Source: Vicinamibacterales bacterium
GTDB taxonomy: Bacteria; Acidobacteriota; Vicinamibacteria; Vicinamibacterales; 2-12-FULL-66-21
Direction: 5' to 3'
Assembly: GCA_050745085.1 (NCBI GenBank)
Contig: JBOGJB010000140.1
Coordinates: 1 to 35,615, forward strand
DNA length: 35,615 bases
The notes beneath the pieces were generated by a model. That model was not told where the DNA came from. It saw only the letters and a program-made list of their open reading frames with translations, and did not search any database. Every line of letters starts with the position of its first letter. The stretch's first letter is position 1. This document shows positions 16,804 through 27,214 of this stretch, one piece after another. Position numbers and translations under genes: made by a program.

Positions 16804-18483
16804 GGGGTTCGTATCCTGTCGGATCTCGACGACCTGATTCACCTTGATGTTCTTCTGCGTGGTGGAAGTCCCGTCCGGCCAGCGGACCTCCAACGAGTCG
16901 ACCGTCGCGGCCGGCCCCAGCCCGAAGTGCTGGCGGAGGTCTTCCTGTGAGAGGTAACTGCTTCCGCTCTGCACCAGTCGCTTCCGCACGGTAGAGCCCG
17001 TCCGCGCGGTCACGACCGCGCCGATCGCGTCGAGATTCTTACCCGCCCCCCGCAGCTTCACGAGCAGCCAATTGCCCGTTCCCGTCGACTCGTTGCGCAG
17101 GACCTGCGGGCTGCCGTCGAGATCGTTGATGACGAGGTCGAGCCGGCCGTCGTTGTCCAGATCCGACGCCGCCAGGCCGCGACTGACCCGTTCTTCAGTC
17201 ATGACCGGTCCGAACTGCGCCGCGACCTCGTCGAACGTGCCATCCCCGCGGTTGTGGAAGATCAGCTTCCGCTGCCGGTAGCCGGCGGATGCGCCGAGGC
17301 GCGCCTTGTCCATCTGCGGATACACGTGGCCGTTGACGACGATCATGTCGAGCAGGCCGTCGTTGTCGTAGTCGAAGAACGCATTGCCCCAGCCGACGAA
17401 CGGCAGGCTGACCGCGCCGGTCCTCGACCGGAACGCCCTCTCGGTGAAGTGATCGCCGTCGTTGTGAAAGAGATTGTTGTACTCTTCCGAGAAGTTGGTC
17501 ACGAACAGCGCGAAGCGACCGCAGTTGTCGTAGTCGCCGACTGCCACGCCCATGCTGCCCTGCTCCGCGCCGTCCTCGCTCACCGCGGCGCCCTGCGGGA
17601 AGCCCACGTCCTTGAACGTGCCGTCCTTCTGATTCACGTACAGAAAGTTCGCATTCGAGTCGTTCGCGACGTACAGATCGAGCCAGCCGTCCTCGTTGTG
17701 ATCGAACCACGCGAGGCCCAGCCCGAAGTAGCCTCGCGGATCGGCGACGCCCGCTTTCTGCGATACCTCCGTAAATCGTCCGGTGCCGTCGTTGTTGAAC
17801 AGGAAGTCCGACTCGCCGGGAAGCCCGCGCGGTCCGCATTGAACGGCGATGCCGCGGTACTCGCACGTCTTGTCCCGGCCGAACTGCGGCAGGTTGTCCA
17901 GATCGACCTTGACGTACCGCGACACGAACAGGTCGAGGTCCCCGTCCCGGTCGTAGTCGCCGAACGCGCATCCGGCCGACCACCCTCCGCCGCGCACCCC
18001 GGCTCGATCCGTGATGTCGGCGAACGTGCCGTCGTGGTTGTTGCGATACAGCCGGTTGCCGCCGAGCGCCGTCACGTGCAGATCCTGCCACCCGTCCGCG
18101 TCCACGTCCGCCGCGCAGACGCCCATACCCCAGCCAGGGTGGCCGACGCCCGCCTTGTCGGTCACATCCGCGAACGTCCAGTTGCCGAGATTGCGATACA
18201 ACGCGCTTCGAGCCGCCTTCGGGTCCTTCGAGGTTTCCACTGTCAGCGAATCAACGAGGTAGATGTCGAGCAGGCCGTCGTTGTCGAAGTCGAAAGTGGC
18301 GATCCCACCGCTCATCGATTCGACGATGTATTTCTTTTCGGGGGCGGCATGATGTTGAAAGATGATGCCGGCCTCGCGGGTGACGTCGCGGAAGCGCGAT
18401 CCAGTGGCACCAGGCGGCGCGGCAGGGGGACCGGCGGCCTGCGATGCCGTCAGGATCATGGCGAGCGCTACATGGCGTGTCAT
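16771..18483 (-). CDS. CRTAC1 family protein (FG-GAP/VCBS repeats plus ASPIC/UnbV C-terminal domain)
   Basis: 570-aa ORF with a signal peptide and repeated DxDxDGxxD calcium-type loops (FDFDNDGLLDIYLV, DVDADGWQDLHV, DYDRDGDLDLFV). Its C-terminus, NWLLVKLRGAGKNLDAIGAVVTARTG...GSSYLSQEDLRQHFGLG, is typical ASPIC/UnbV. ATGA overlap with the upstream gene. Confidence 0.88.
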   Translation of the reverse strand: MTRHVALAMILTASQAAGPPAAPPGATGSRFRDVTREAGIIFQHHAAPEKKYIVESMSGGIATFDFDNDGLLDIYLVDSLTVETSKDPKAARSALYRNLGNWTFADVTDKAGVGHPGWGMGVCAADVDADGWQDLHVTALGGNRLYRNNHDGTFADITDRAGVRGGGWSAGCAFGDYDRDGDLDLFVSRYVKVDLDNLPQFGRDKTCEYRGIAVQCGPRGLPGESDFLFNNDGTGRFTEVSQKAGVADPRGYFGLGLAWFDHNEDGWLDLYVANDSNANFLYVNQKDGTFKDVGFPQGAAVSEDGAEQGSMGVAVGDYDNCGRFALFVTNFSEEYNNLFHNDGDHFTERAFRSRTGAVSLPFVGWGNAFFDYDNDGLLDMIVVNGHVYPQMDKARLGASAGYRQRKLIFHNRGDGTFDEVAAQFGPVMTEERVSRGLAASDLDNDGRLDLVINDLDGSPQVLRNESTGTGNWLLVKLRGAGKNLDAIGAVVTARTGSTVRKRLVQSGSSYLSQEDLRQHFGLGPAATVDSLEVRWPDGTSTTQKNIKVNQVVEIRQDTNPSTKDEVRRLK

Positions 18484-19361
18484 CGCGATTGCCCGTCTGG
18501 ACCGCCGGGCGTTCTGAGGGTCTTCACCCGCTCTTCCATCTCACGCAACTTCTGTTGATACAGGTCCACGTGCCTACGCGCCGCTTCGGCGTCTCCTAGG
18601 CGGGCGTACGCGAGGCTGAGCTGATAGTGGATCTTCGGCGAGGCGACATCGATCGCGGCGGCCGCGAGCAGTGCGTCCCGCGCTTCGGCGTACTCTCCCC
18701 TCTTGATCAAGACCATACCGAGGACCAGATGGGCCGTGGCGTGCCCGCCCGCCTTCGCGAGCGCGCGTCGAGCGTGCCCGTCGGCCGCGTCGAGTTCGCC
18801 GAGTCCTTCTTCCGCCTCCGCCAGCGCGGCCGTGGCGTCGACGCTGTCGGGGTCGCGCTCGAGCGCACGCGCGAGAGAGGACTTCGCTTCGGCATACTGC
18901 TTGCGGTTGTTCAGGGCCAGCCCCAGCGCCGTGAGCGTCAGGGCCTTGTCGGGTTCGAGGCGATCCGCTTCACCGAGCGAGTCGACGGCCGCTTCCATGT
19001 CGCCCGCCTGCATCAGCGCCACGCCGCGCAGATAGTGATACTCCCCGACCGTTGGGCAGATGCGCGTGAGCGCGTCGAGTGCCACGAGCGCCAGGATGGG
19101 CCTGTGCGCCGCCAAAGACACCTGGGCGTAGGCACTCAGCACTTCTTCCGAATTCGGTGCGATCGCGCGCGCCTTGCGAAGCGAGTCGAGAGCCGCCGAC
19201 GCGTTCCCTTCCTGGACCTGCGTCCTCGCGAGCTGCATCAGCGCCCGCACCGACTGCGGACTTGCAGACTGGGCCTCCGCACCGGCCGCGGCGACCAGAA
19301 TGGCTCCCAGCACCATGGCACCCAGCACCACCTTCGGCATTCGGCATTCGGCCTTCGGCAT
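18480..19361 (-). CDS. Secreted tetratricopeptide (TPR) repeat protein
   Basis: The start is taken at ATG 19361 (MPKAECRMPKVVLGAMVLGAILVAAAGAEAQS, a signal peptide). ATG at 19340 is an equally plausible start. Both ATGs are supplied by AATGCCG repeat units. The longer track ORF would overlap the upstream gene. Confidence 0.8.
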   Translation of the reverse strand: MPKAECRMPKVVLGAMVLGAILVAAAGAEAQSASPQSVRALMQLARTQVQEGNASAALDSLRKARAIAPNSEEVLSAYAQVSLAAHRPILALVALDALTRICPTVGEYHYLRGVALMQAGDMEAAVDSLGEADRLEPDKALTLTALGLALNNRKQYAEAKSSLARALERDPDSVDATAALAEAEEGLGELDAADGHARRALAKAGGHATAHLVLGMVLIKRGEYAEARDALLAAAAIDVASPKIHYQLSLAYARLGDAEAARRHVDLYQQKLREMEERVKTLRTPGGPDGQSR

Positions 19362-19371
19362 TGGACTAAGG
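19331..19371. repeat. Half-element F: single array CGGCATT CGGCATT CGGCCTT CGGCATT followed by GGACTAAGG, no inverted partner
   Basis: The units sit at 19335-19362 and use the same heptamer as elements B and C. The adjacent 9-mer GGACTAAGG (19363-19371) matches the element A unit and contains the stop codon of the upstream TPR gene. Confidence 0.85.
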
Positions 19372-21567
19372 CGTCCTCCCCCTGCGCTTGTCCTTGAGCT
19401 GGCGATAGCGCTCGAGGCGGTCCTCGGCAAGCGCGCTCCGCCCGAGTTTCTGATAGGCCTGTCCGAGCTGGTAGTAGATGTTGGCGTCCTCGGGCGCATG
19501 GCGCGCCGCCGCCTCGAGCTGTTCGACCGCTGCGGCGGCGTCCCCCTGCGCCAGCAGGATCTTGCCCAACAGGTACCGCGCGTCGGCGTAATCGGGCTTC
19601 ACCCGGATAACCGATCGCACGAGCGACAGCGCCTCGTCACGCCGGCCGTCCAGGTCGAGAACGGCGGCGAGATGATAGCGCGCGCTCACGTCATCCGGAC
19701 GCGATTTCAACTCCGAGCGCAACGCCTCGGCCGCCTCAGACAGCCGGCCCTGTTTAAAGTAAATGACGCCCAGCGTGGCGTTCGCTTCCGCGACATCGGG
19801 CTTGATCTGCAGGGCACGATGCAGCGTCCGGACGGCGGCCTCGAAGTCTCCCTGCTGCGCGTGCGCCTGGCCGAGGACGACGTTCATCTCGGCGTGGTCG
19901 CCGTGCGCCGCGAGGAGCCGGGTGAAGATCGCCTCCGCCTCTGCGCCGCGATCGCTCCGCACGAGGGCAACACCATATGCGTACTGCAGCGACGGATCGG
20001 ATTCCCGCTGCGGATCGTCACGCAACAGGTCGGCAGCCTTCCCGTAGACCTCGGCGTTCAAGTAGCTGAGGGCGAGCATGCGGCGGGTGCCGATGTCGTC
20101 CGGTCTGGCGGCGAGCGCGCCTGCGAGCGGTCCGCTCGCTTTCTGGTACTGCTTTGCGTTGAAGTAGGCCACGCCGAGCGAGTACTGCACTTGCGGGAAC
20201 TGGGGATCGAGGAGCGCCGCCTGTTCGAAGAACTCCACAGCACGCAGGAACCGATTCGCCTGCGCCTGCATGATCCCGAGATTGAAGTACACGCGCGTCA
20301 GCGCGACCGTGATCCGGCGTTGCAGCTCCCGCCGAGCCGCAGGCGGCTCAATCGTGAGCGGAGACGCGCCGAGCCCGATTGGAGACTGAGGGTCCGGGGT
20401 GTCCTCGAGATAGCGCGCGAGCTGCTCGCGCGAGCGCTCGACGCGTCGTTCGGAGAGACGCTGCGCCTCGGCGAAGTGCTCGGCTGCTTCCTGAAAGGCG
20501 CCCGTCTTCCTGAGCGCGACGCCGAGCTGATAGTGGACGTGTCCGGCGCGGGTCTCGTCGACAGGAGGCTGCTGCACCAGCTGAAGCGCCTTTCGAAGCG
20601 ACACCAGCGCCTCGGCGGTCCTGTCGAGCGCGAGCTGACTCCGCCCGAGATAGTAGAACGCAAGCGCTGGGACCGGTTCGGCGCGCGCCGCCAGGCGGAG
20701 TGCGGGGAGCGCCTCAGCGGCACGCTGCGCCTCGACGAGCGCCATGCCGAGCCGGAGATTGGTGACGGGGTCGGCAGGCGAGAGTTGCAGCTCCTGTCGG
20801 AACTCGGCGATCGCCTCGTCGAGCCGAAGTACCCCCTCCTCCAGGACGCTCAGCGTACCCAGATAGTAGTGAGCGCGCGGCACCCGCGGGTTTTTCTTCA
20901 GCGCCGTTAGGAGCGACGCGCGGGCGCGATCGTAGTGTCCCGAGTCGCGGTAGGTCCGGCCGATGAGGACGTAGGTCTGTGGCAGCGGCTTCGCCTTGAT
21001 CACCTCGGCGAACAGCCGCTCTGCGGCATCGAGTTTCTTCAGCCGGAGATACCCCGACGCAAGGGCAAACGCCAGCTCCGGATCGTCCGGCGCCGTCCCT
21101 CGCGCCTCTTCGAGCTCCTGCACTGCCTCGTCCGGATGGCCGTCGGCGAGCAGGGCCTGGGCGAACAGGCGCCGTGTCGCGACGTCCCGCGGGTTCGCTC
21201 GCGCAAGCTGGGAGAGAATCTTCATCGCCTCTCCGGCTTCGCCGAGCTGGAGATGCACGAGCGCGAGCGAGTGCAGCGACCCGCCGGTTTCCACCGCGGA
21301 GGTCGAGGCGCGCCGGAATGCCTCGCGCGCGTCGGTCAGCCGGCCATTCGATGCGTGGACCGCGCCCAACAGCATCCATCCTTCGACTAGCGCGGAGCGG
21401 TAGCGGCTTTCGGCGATCTGCAGCTCGTTCTCGCGCAGGCTCGCTTCAGCGGCAGCCATGGTCTGCTCGACCGCTGCAAGCGGATCGACGGACGGGGTCT
21501 GCGGTTGGGAACGCGCGGCCGACGCCGCGAGCAGACAGCACGCCGCCAGGCTGACGATTCTCCGCAT
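19366..21567 (-). CDS. Secreted multi-TPR repeat protein (733 aa)
   Basis: The start is taken at ATG 21567 (MRRIVSLAACCLLAASAARSQPQ, a signal peptide), 10 nt after the upstream stop. TPR-like A/L/Y-rich 34-aa periodicity runs throughout. The N-terminal 110 aa of the track ORF overlap the sulfatase-like gene and are Arg/Ser-rich. Confidence 0.85.
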   Translation of the reverse strand: MRRIVSLAACCLLAASAARSQPQTPSVDPLAAVEQTMAAAEASLRENELQIAESRYRSALVEGWMLLGAVHASNGRLTDAREAFRRASTSAVETGGSLHSLALVHLQLGEAGEAMKILSQLARANPRDVATRRLFAQALLADGHPDEAVQELEEARGTAPDDPELAFALASGYLRLKKLDAAERLFAEVIKAKPLPQTYVLIGRTYRDSGHYDRARASLLTALKKNPRVPRAHYYLGTLSVLEEGVLRLDEAIAEFRQELQLSPADPVTNLRLGMALVEAQRAAEALPALRLAARAEPVPALAFYYLGRSQLALDRTAEALVSLRKALQLVQQPPVDETRAGHVHYQLGVALRKTGAFQEAAEHFAEAQRLSERRVERSREQLARYLEDTPDPQSPIGLGASPLTIEPPAARRELQRRITVALTRVYFNLGIMQAQANRFLRAVEFFEQAALLDPQFPQVQYSLGVAYFNAKQYQKASGPLAGALAARPDDIGTRRMLALSYLNAEVYGKAADLLRDDPQRESDPSLQYAYGVALVRSDRGAEAEAIFTRLLAAHGDHAEMNVVLGQAHAQQGDFEAAVRTLHRALQIKPDVAEANATLGVIYFKQGRLSEAAEALRSELKSRPDDVSARYHLAAVLDLDGRRDEALSLVRSVIRVKPDYADARYLLGKILLAQGDAAAAVEQLEAAARHAPEDANIYYQLGQAYQKLGRSALAEDRLERYRQLKDKRRGRTP

Positions 21568-21577
21568 GCCGTGGATC

Positions 21578-23641
21578 TTATCGCACGCCGAGGCGGGCGC
21601 GGGCGCGCTCGATCTCGCGCGCGTACTCGGGCGGCGGCGCGGATGAGGCGAGGAAATCGAAGTACGCGCGCGCTTCGACGGTACGGCCCGCGCGGGCGAG
21701 TGCCGCCCCCATCCCCAGAACCGTCCGGTACTCGCGCGGATCGAGCCGGACCGCTTCACGCCAATGTTCGATCGCTTGAGAGAGATGCCGGTCCTCGGCC
21801 GCCAGCACGCCCAGCGAGCTGTGAGCCCGGGCGCTCTCGGGGTTCGTCGCGAGCGCCGCTTCGAAATCCCGGCGCGCCCCGTCGCGATCGCCCGCAATCA
21901 GACGAACCGTCCCGGTCTCCACGAGCAGCCGCGCGCTGGAGGGATCCTGCTCGCGCGCCCGTCCGAGCGCCGCGAGCGCATCCGCGGATCGGCCGAGCCG
22001 CGCGAGCGCCAGGCTGTACGCCGTCAGCACCTGCACGTCCGCCCCATCTTGGCGCGCGTGCGGCTCGAGGACGACGATGGCATCCCGAGGACGGCCGGCC
22101 TCGGTGAGATACGTACCGAGGAGCGCGGCCGTCTCGCCGTCGCCTGGGGTCAGCGCGGTTGCCGATCGCATCGCTTCGATCGCCGCCGAGAGATCGCCAC
22201 GATCGCGCTCGATCTGCGCGAGGTGCATCAGAGAAATCACCATCCCCGGCCGGCGCCGGATAAGCTCGCGGCATCGCGCCGCCGCTCGATCGAGATCGCC
22301 CGCGAAGTAGAGGCTCTCCACTTCCTGCAGCATCGCGTCCAGCTGGATGAGTCGCTTCGGGTCGTCATCTTCGGTGGAGCGCTCTTTGACGGGCGAGGAT
22401 CCCGCTGCCGCGTAGCCGAGGCTTCTCAATCGCTCTCGCGTCCCGGCGGCCTCCGCGCTCCGCGCCGCCTGCGACCCCTCCGCGCGGAAGGTCTTCAGCA
22501 GCGCGCGCAATTCCTTCACTCTCACTGGCTGCTCGCCCGCCAGATTGTGCGCTTCACCAGGGTCGCTGAAGAGGTCGTACAGCTCCGGGATCGGCAGGTC
22601 GATGTACTTCATCCGATGGCTGACCACGCCATGCAGCGGGGCCCAGCCGCGATTGAGTGCGCCGGACAGCGCCTCGAAGTACGTGACCGCCGAATCCGTT
22701 TCGGCTGCGCCGCTCATGACCTTCATCAGGCTGCGGCCGGGAAGGCCGTGTGGAGCTGGCAGCGACAGCGCTTCGAGAAGGGTCGGAAGTATGTCCACGT
22801 GCCGCGCGGGCCCCGCGAGTACGCGCGGCTTCCAGCGCCGCGGGTGATAGAAGATGAGGGGCACTTTGAGCGACGCGTCGTACCCGAAGATACCGTGCGT
22901 CGCTTCTCCGTGCTCGCCGAGCGACTCTCCGTGATCCGACGTCAGGACGACGAGCATCGAGCCTCGCGCGCCGTCAGCAACGAGCGGTTCGACCAAGGGA
23001 GCCAGCGCCGCGTCGGCGGCGGCGACGTCATCGGCGTACGTCGGCGAGTACGGGAAATGCGGCTCGTAGAGATGAACCCAGCAGAAAAACGGGTCCGCCC
23101 CCTGGGCTGCCATCCATTGTCGAGCCAGCGCGACGGTATCCCCCCCGCGGCGTTCCTGGAACATGAACGCGGTCCCTGGACGCGCGTCGACGAAGCTGTC
23201 CTCGTAGACGTCGAACCCGCGGTCGAGACCGAAACGTGAATCGAGCGGAAAGGCGCTGACGAAGGCGCCGGTGCTGTAGCCACGATCTTTGAGGAGGGTG
23301 GCGAGCGTCGGCCGATCCGGAGGGAAACGGTAGCCAGAATTGTCTCGGACACCGTGATCCTGTGGATGGCGGCCGGCCAGGATGTTGGCATGCGACGGCA
23401 GCGTGACCACATTGTGCGCTCGTGCATCGTCGAAGCGGACACCCGAGGCCGCCAAGCGGTCTATCGACGGGGTCCGGCCGCGACCGACCGCGTCGGCGCG
23501 CAGGGTGTCGATCGTGATCAGCAGAACGCTGGTAGGCCCTTGCCGGTCAACGTCTTGCGGGCCAGCGCGTTGGCAGCCCCCGAGGGTGAGCACGAGCGCG
23601 GGAGTGAAAGCGGCGAGCGTTCGCGCAATGGCCCTTGACAA
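21578..23641 (-). CDS. Lipoprotein: sulfatase-like hydrolase/transferase (alkaline-phosphatase superfamily) domain fused to C-terminal TPR repeats
   Basis: 687-aa ORF with a TTG start and the lipobox-like LTLGGC. The N-terminal domain carries LLITIDTLRADAVG, GAFVSAFPLD and LTSDHGESLGEHG. TPR repeats run from about aa 440. Confidence 0.85.
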   Translation of the reverse strand: MSRAIARTLAAFTPALVLTLGGCQRAGPQDVDRQGPTSVLLITIDTLRADAVGRGRTPSIDRLAASGVRFDDARAHNVVTLPSHANILAGRHPQDHGVRDNSGYRFPPDRPTLATLLKDRGYSTGAFVSAFPLDSRFGLDRGFDVYEDSFVDARPGTAFMFQERRGGDTVALARQWMAAQGADPFFCWVHLYEPHFPYSPTYADDVAAADAALAPLVEPLVADGARGSMLVVLTSDHGESLGEHGEATHGIFGYDASLKVPLIFYHPRRWKPRVLAGPARHVDILPTLLEALSLPAPHGLPGRSLMKVMSGAAETDSAVTYFEALSGALNRGWAPLHGVVSHRMKYIDLPIPELYDLFSDPGEAHNLAGEQPVRVKELRALLKTFRAEGSQAARSAEAAGTRERLRSLGYAAAGSSPVKERSTEDDDPKRLIQLDAMLQEVESLYFAGDLDRAAARCRELIRRRPGMVISLMHLAQIERDRGDLSAAIEAMRSATALTPGDGETAALLGTYLTEAGRPRDAIVVLEPHARQDGADVQVLTAYSLALARLGRSADALAALGRAREQDPSSARLLVETGTVRLIAGDRDGARRDFEAALATNPESARAHSSLGVLAAEDRHLSQAIEHWREAVRLDPREYRTVLGMGAALARAGRTVEARAYFDFLASSAPPPEYAREIERARARLGVR

Positions 23642-23663
23642 GGTCGAGCTACTGACAATAATA
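23635..23663 (+). promoter_or_regulatory. Possible sigma-70-type promoter for the TonB-dependent receptor gene (TTGACA ... AATAAT)
   Basis: TTGACA at 23635-23640 and AATAAT at 23657-23662 (16-nt spacer) lie in the AT-rich 65-bp divergent spacer. This is a pattern match only, and the promoter consensus for this lineage is not known to me. Confidence 0.3.
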
Positions 23664-23706
23664 CGCTTTGTTAAGTTCTTTAAGGAAGATCGGGAGGCGC
23701 ACGTTC

Positions 23707-26700
23707 ATGCGGAAGTCCTGCCTGTTTCTCGCCTCGTTACTCCTCCTCGCCGGGCCCGCGCTGGCTCAGCGCTCCAACGCCACTATCCGCGGCACCGTCA
23801 CAGATTCGACGCAGGCTGTGCTGCCGGGAGCCACGGTAACCGCTGAGAACCAGGACACGGGTCTGACCCGCTCGACGGTGACCAACTCCGCCGGCGCGTA
23901 TTCGTTGTCGGACCTGCCGATTGGCCGCTACACGGTCGGCGCGGAGCTGCAGGGCTTCAAGAAGGCCTCGCGGACGGGGGTCCTACTCAGGGTCGCCGAT
24001 GATTTCTCGATCGACTTCGAGCTCGCGGCCGGCGACATCACCGAGACCATCAACGTCGAGGCCTCCTCCACGCCCGTGCGGGTGCTGGGTGGCGACGTCT
24101 CAGGCGTGATCACGGGGGAGCAGGTGCGCGAGCTTCCGTTGAACGGTCGCAACTTCCTCCAGCTCGCAACGCTGATGCCGGGTGTGAGCGCGCCGGACTT
24201 TCTGAACGTCAAGGACAAGGGGCTGCTCGGCGGATCGGATCTCTCGGTGAGCGGCAGCGACGTCACCGCCAACATGTGGACGGTCGACGGCGCCAACAAC
24301 AACGACGTGGGCTCGAACCGCACCATCCTGGTCTATCCCTCGCTCGAGGCGATCGAAGAGTTCAAGATCCTTCGGAACAGCTACGGTCCCGAGTTCGGCG
24401 GCGCCGGCGGCGCGCAGATCAACATCGTCACGCGCGGCGGGACGAATCAGTACCGCGGCACGATGTTCTACTCGGGCCGGAACGACGCGCTCAACGCCAA
24501 GAACTACTTCCTGAAGCAGGCCAACCAGCCCAAAGGAGAGCTGAGCCGCCACGACTTCGGGGGGTCGATCGGAGGTCCGGTCGTCAGGGGCAGGGTGCAT
24601 TTCTTCGCCAACGCGGAGTGGAACCTCGAGGACCGCGGCACGGCGCGCGCTTCATTCGTGCCGACGGAAGCGGAGCGAAACGGGGATTTCAGCGGCTCGC
24701 TGATCGCAGGCTGCTCGTCCCCCAGACCGGTCGATCCGCTCACCGGTCAGCCGTTTCCGGGGAACCGGATCCCTGCGAATCGCCTGAGCCCGGCTGGCCA
24801 GGCGTTCCTCAGCCTGTATCCTCTCCCGAACGTCACGCCGGTCGCGGGCAGCTGCAACAACTGGGTGACGTCGGTGACCTCCCCGATTGACTACAGCCAG
24901 CTGAGTGGCCGCGCCGATTGGACCATCACGAACTCCAGCCGTCTGATGGTGCGCTACACACAGGACAGCTGGAAGAACAACGCCCCCAGCATTCAGAGCA
25001 ACCTCTGGGGCGACGACAAGTTCCCGGCGGTGGACTCGAACTGGGATCAGCCGAGCCGATCGTTCGTCGCGGCCCTCACCCAGACCTTTGGGTCGAACGC
25101 CACCAACAGCCTGCAGTTCTCGTATTCCGCCAACAAGATCGACATCACCCGCGGCGGGCTTAACACCGGTCTGAGCGCCGACATCGTCAACAAGCTGCAG
25201 CCGATCTTCCCAATCAGCAGCAAGCAGTATGGAGAGGGCATCGGCCATCCGGTCTTCTGGGGAGGCGCGGGGTACGAGGCGCTCTGGAACGAGGCGCCAT
25301 TCCTGAACAACCAGGATCTGTGGATCGTCAAGGACGACTACACGCAGGTGTTCGGCAAGCATTTCATCAAGGCCGGTGTGCTCGCGAGCACGAATGTCAA
25401 GAACGAGGATACCGACGGGAACGGCTCGAGCATGCACTCGCGCTTCTGGGGCTCCGCAGGCCTGAACGGCTGGGGCGCGAACACGGGGAACATTCTCGCG
25501 AACTTCCTGCTCAGGGATATGACGTGGGGATTCTCGGAAGCGAACAACAGCCGCTCGGCGCCGCAGCGCTGGCGGGACGTCGAGTTCTATGCGGCCGACT
25601 CGTGGCAGGTGGGGCCGAGGATTACGCTGGACTACGGCCTGAGATACTCGTTGTTTTTCAACCCCTACGTCACGGACGACAAGATCACGAGCTTTGTGCC
25701 GGAGTTGTTCAACCCTGCGCTCGGCGCTGATTCGTGCAACGGGCTGCTGCAGCCGCCAGGCTCGAACTGGTGTCAGGGAGCCGGCGCGCGCGGCGGCGCG
25801 GATGGGCCGAACCGCTCGCTCATGGAACAGGACCTCGATAATATTGCTCCGCGCGTGGGCGTCGCGTGGGACCTGTATGGGAATGGGAAAACGGCCGTCC
25901 GCGCGGGGGTCGGCCAGTTCTTTCTGCGCGAGCGGCTGAGCCCTGTGCTCAACATTGCCACCAACCCGCCGTTCGTCACCACACTGAGCGGTATACGCAA
26001 GCTCGACGGCACCGCCGAGCCCTGCGATGGCTGCTTCGGCTCCAGCCTGGGCGTACCTGGCCGTGGTCGCGAAGTGGACATGAGGACGCCGAACAACTGG
26101 CAGTGGAACATCTCGTTTCAGCACGAGGTCTGGCGTAACAGCACGATCGACGTGGGCTACGTCGCCAATTACGGCTACGACCTCTTGAAAACGAGAGTCC
26201 CGAATCAGGTATTGAGCGGAGATATCAATCAAAACGGCATCGACGATCGGCGAGAGTACGTAATCACCACGCCAGCAAATGCCGCACTGCGACAGTTCGG
26301 GGTGTTCGGCAACGGCAACATGGGTTTCTGGGAGCACCGGGGCGAGTCGACTTACCACTCGCTGCAGACGCAGTTCATCAGCCGCTTCGGGCGCGGGTCG
26401 CAGGTCCAGACGTCGTACACGTTGGCGCGCTCGCGCGCCAACGTGAACATGACCGACAGCGGCGGCGCCCCAGCCGCAGGTACCGCGACTCTAGACAATC
26501 AGAATCCCGATCTCGACTGGGGCCGGCCTGAGACAGGCCGGACGCACATTTTCAATGCATCGCTCATCTGGATGCTGCCGAGCCTCGAGAACCGGTCGCA
26601 GTTGACGAGGCGGGTGTTCGGCGATTGGGAAATCACGACGATCGTCGGTGCGGCAACCGGCCAGCCGCTCACCGCGTTCACGGGATCGCTGCCCGGCCTC

Positions 26701-27147
26701 AACGGCGGACCCTCGGGAACAGGCTATACCGACAACCAGAGGCCGAATCGAGTCGCCAGCGAGCCCTGCGACGCGCAGAGCGGGCCGGACGAGCAGATCA
26801 TCAACCCGAACGCCTATACGCTGAACGGCTTTCAGCTCGGGACGATCGGCAGCGCACAACGCGGCGACTGCACGGGTCCCGGGTACTTCCAGGCCGATCT
26901 GGCGTTCTACAAGAACATCCCGGTCGGCAGCCGGGTGAAGCTGCAGTTCCGGTGGGACATCTTCAACATCTTCAACAACACGAACTTCTTGTTTGCCGGC
27001 ATGAACACGAGCATGAACCCGTCTGCGGTGACGCTCAACGCCGCCCAGACAACGATTACGAGCGCGACGATTCCGACGAACTTCGGCCAGGCGACGCGGA
27101 CGCGCGATGAGAGGCAGATGCAGTTGGGCTTCAAGATCCTCTGGTAA
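23707..27147 (+). CDS. TonB-dependent receptor-like outer-membrane protein with N-terminal carboxypeptidase-regulatory-like domain (Oar-like)
   Basis: ATG at 23707 lies 9 nt after GGAGG. There is a signal peptide ([11 protein letters not shown]), a CarbopepD_reg-like unit ([51 protein letters not shown]), a plug-like region ([18 protein letters not shown]), a long beta-barrel and a C-terminal aromatic residue (GFKILW). Confidence 0.88.
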   Translation: MRKSCLFLASLLLLAGPALAQRSNATIRGTVTDSTQAVLPGATVTAENQDTGLTRSTVTNSAGAYSLSDLPIGRYTVGAELQGFKKASRTGVLLRVADDFSIDFELAAGDITETINVEASSTPVRVLGGDVSGVITGEQVRELPLNGRNFLQLATLMPGVSAPDFLNVKDKGLLGGSDLSVSGSDVTANMWTVDGANNNDVGSNRTILVYPSLEAIEEFKILRNSYGPEFGGAGGAQINIVTRGGTNQYRGTMFYSGRNDALNAKNYFLKQANQPKGELSRHDFGGSIGGPVVRGRVHFFANAEWNLEDRGTARASFVPTEAERNGDFSGSLIAGCSSPRPVDPLTGQPFPGNRIPANRLSPAGQAFLSLYPLPNVTPVAGSCNNWVTSVTSPIDYSQLSGRADWTITNSSRLMVRYTQDSWKNNAPSIQSNLWGDDKFPAVDSNWDQPSRSFVAALTQTFGSNATNSLQFSYSANKIDITRGGLNTGLSADIVNKLQPIFPISSKQYGEGIGHPVFWGGAGYEALWNEAPFLNNQDLWIVKDDYTQVFGKHFIKAGVLASTNVKNEDTDGNGSSMHSRFWGSAGLNGWGANTGNILANFLLRDMTWGFSEANNSRSAPQRWRDVEFYAADSWQVGPRITLDYGLRYSLFFNPYVTDDKITSFVPELFNPALGADSCNGLLQPPGSNWCQGAGARGGADGPNRSLMEQDLDNIAPRVGVAWDLYGNGKTAVRAGVGQFFLRERLSPVLNIATNPPFVTTLSGIRKLDGTAEPCDGCFGSSLGVPGRGREVDMRTPNNWQWNISFQHEVWRNSTIDVGYVANYGYDLLKTRVPNQVLSGDINQNGIDDRREYVITTPANAALRQFGVFGNGNMGFWEHRGESTYHSLQTQFISRFGRGSQVQTSYTLARSRANVNMTDSGGAPAAGTATLDNQNPDLDWGRPETGRTHIFNASLIWMLPSLENRSQLTRRVFGDWEITTIVGAATGQPLTAFTGSLPGLNGGPSGTGYTDNQRPNRVASEPCDAQSGPDEQIINPNAYTLNGFQLGTIGSAQRGDCTGPGYFQADLAFYKNIPVGSRVKLQFRWDIFNIFNNTNFLFAGMNTSMNPSAVTLNAAQTTITSATIPTNFGQATRTRDERQMQLGFKILW

Positions 27148-27171
27148 GGGCCCACCCCGGCTTTCGACCAT

Positions 27172-27198
27172 GGGCTGCGAGTGTCATGCTCGCAGCCC
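27172..27198 (+). terminator. Perfect 10-bp GC-rich hairpin (GGGCTGCGAG-TGTCATG-CTCGCAGCCC) between the receptor and GH3 genes; attenuator or RNA-stability element
   Basis: The stem is 27172-27181 with 27189-27198, with a 7-nt loop. It is followed only by a weak CCTTTC, so it is not a canonical intrinsic terminator. Confidence 0.4.
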
Positions 27199-27214
27199 AC
27201 CGGTACCTTTCACA

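Noticed and set aside
21578-23641. Calling this gene an arylsulfatase
   Set aside because: The N-terminal active-site region reads DTLRAD rather than the C/S-x-P-x-R formylglycine motif, so only the superfamily-level call (sulfatase-like hydrolase/transferase) is justified.
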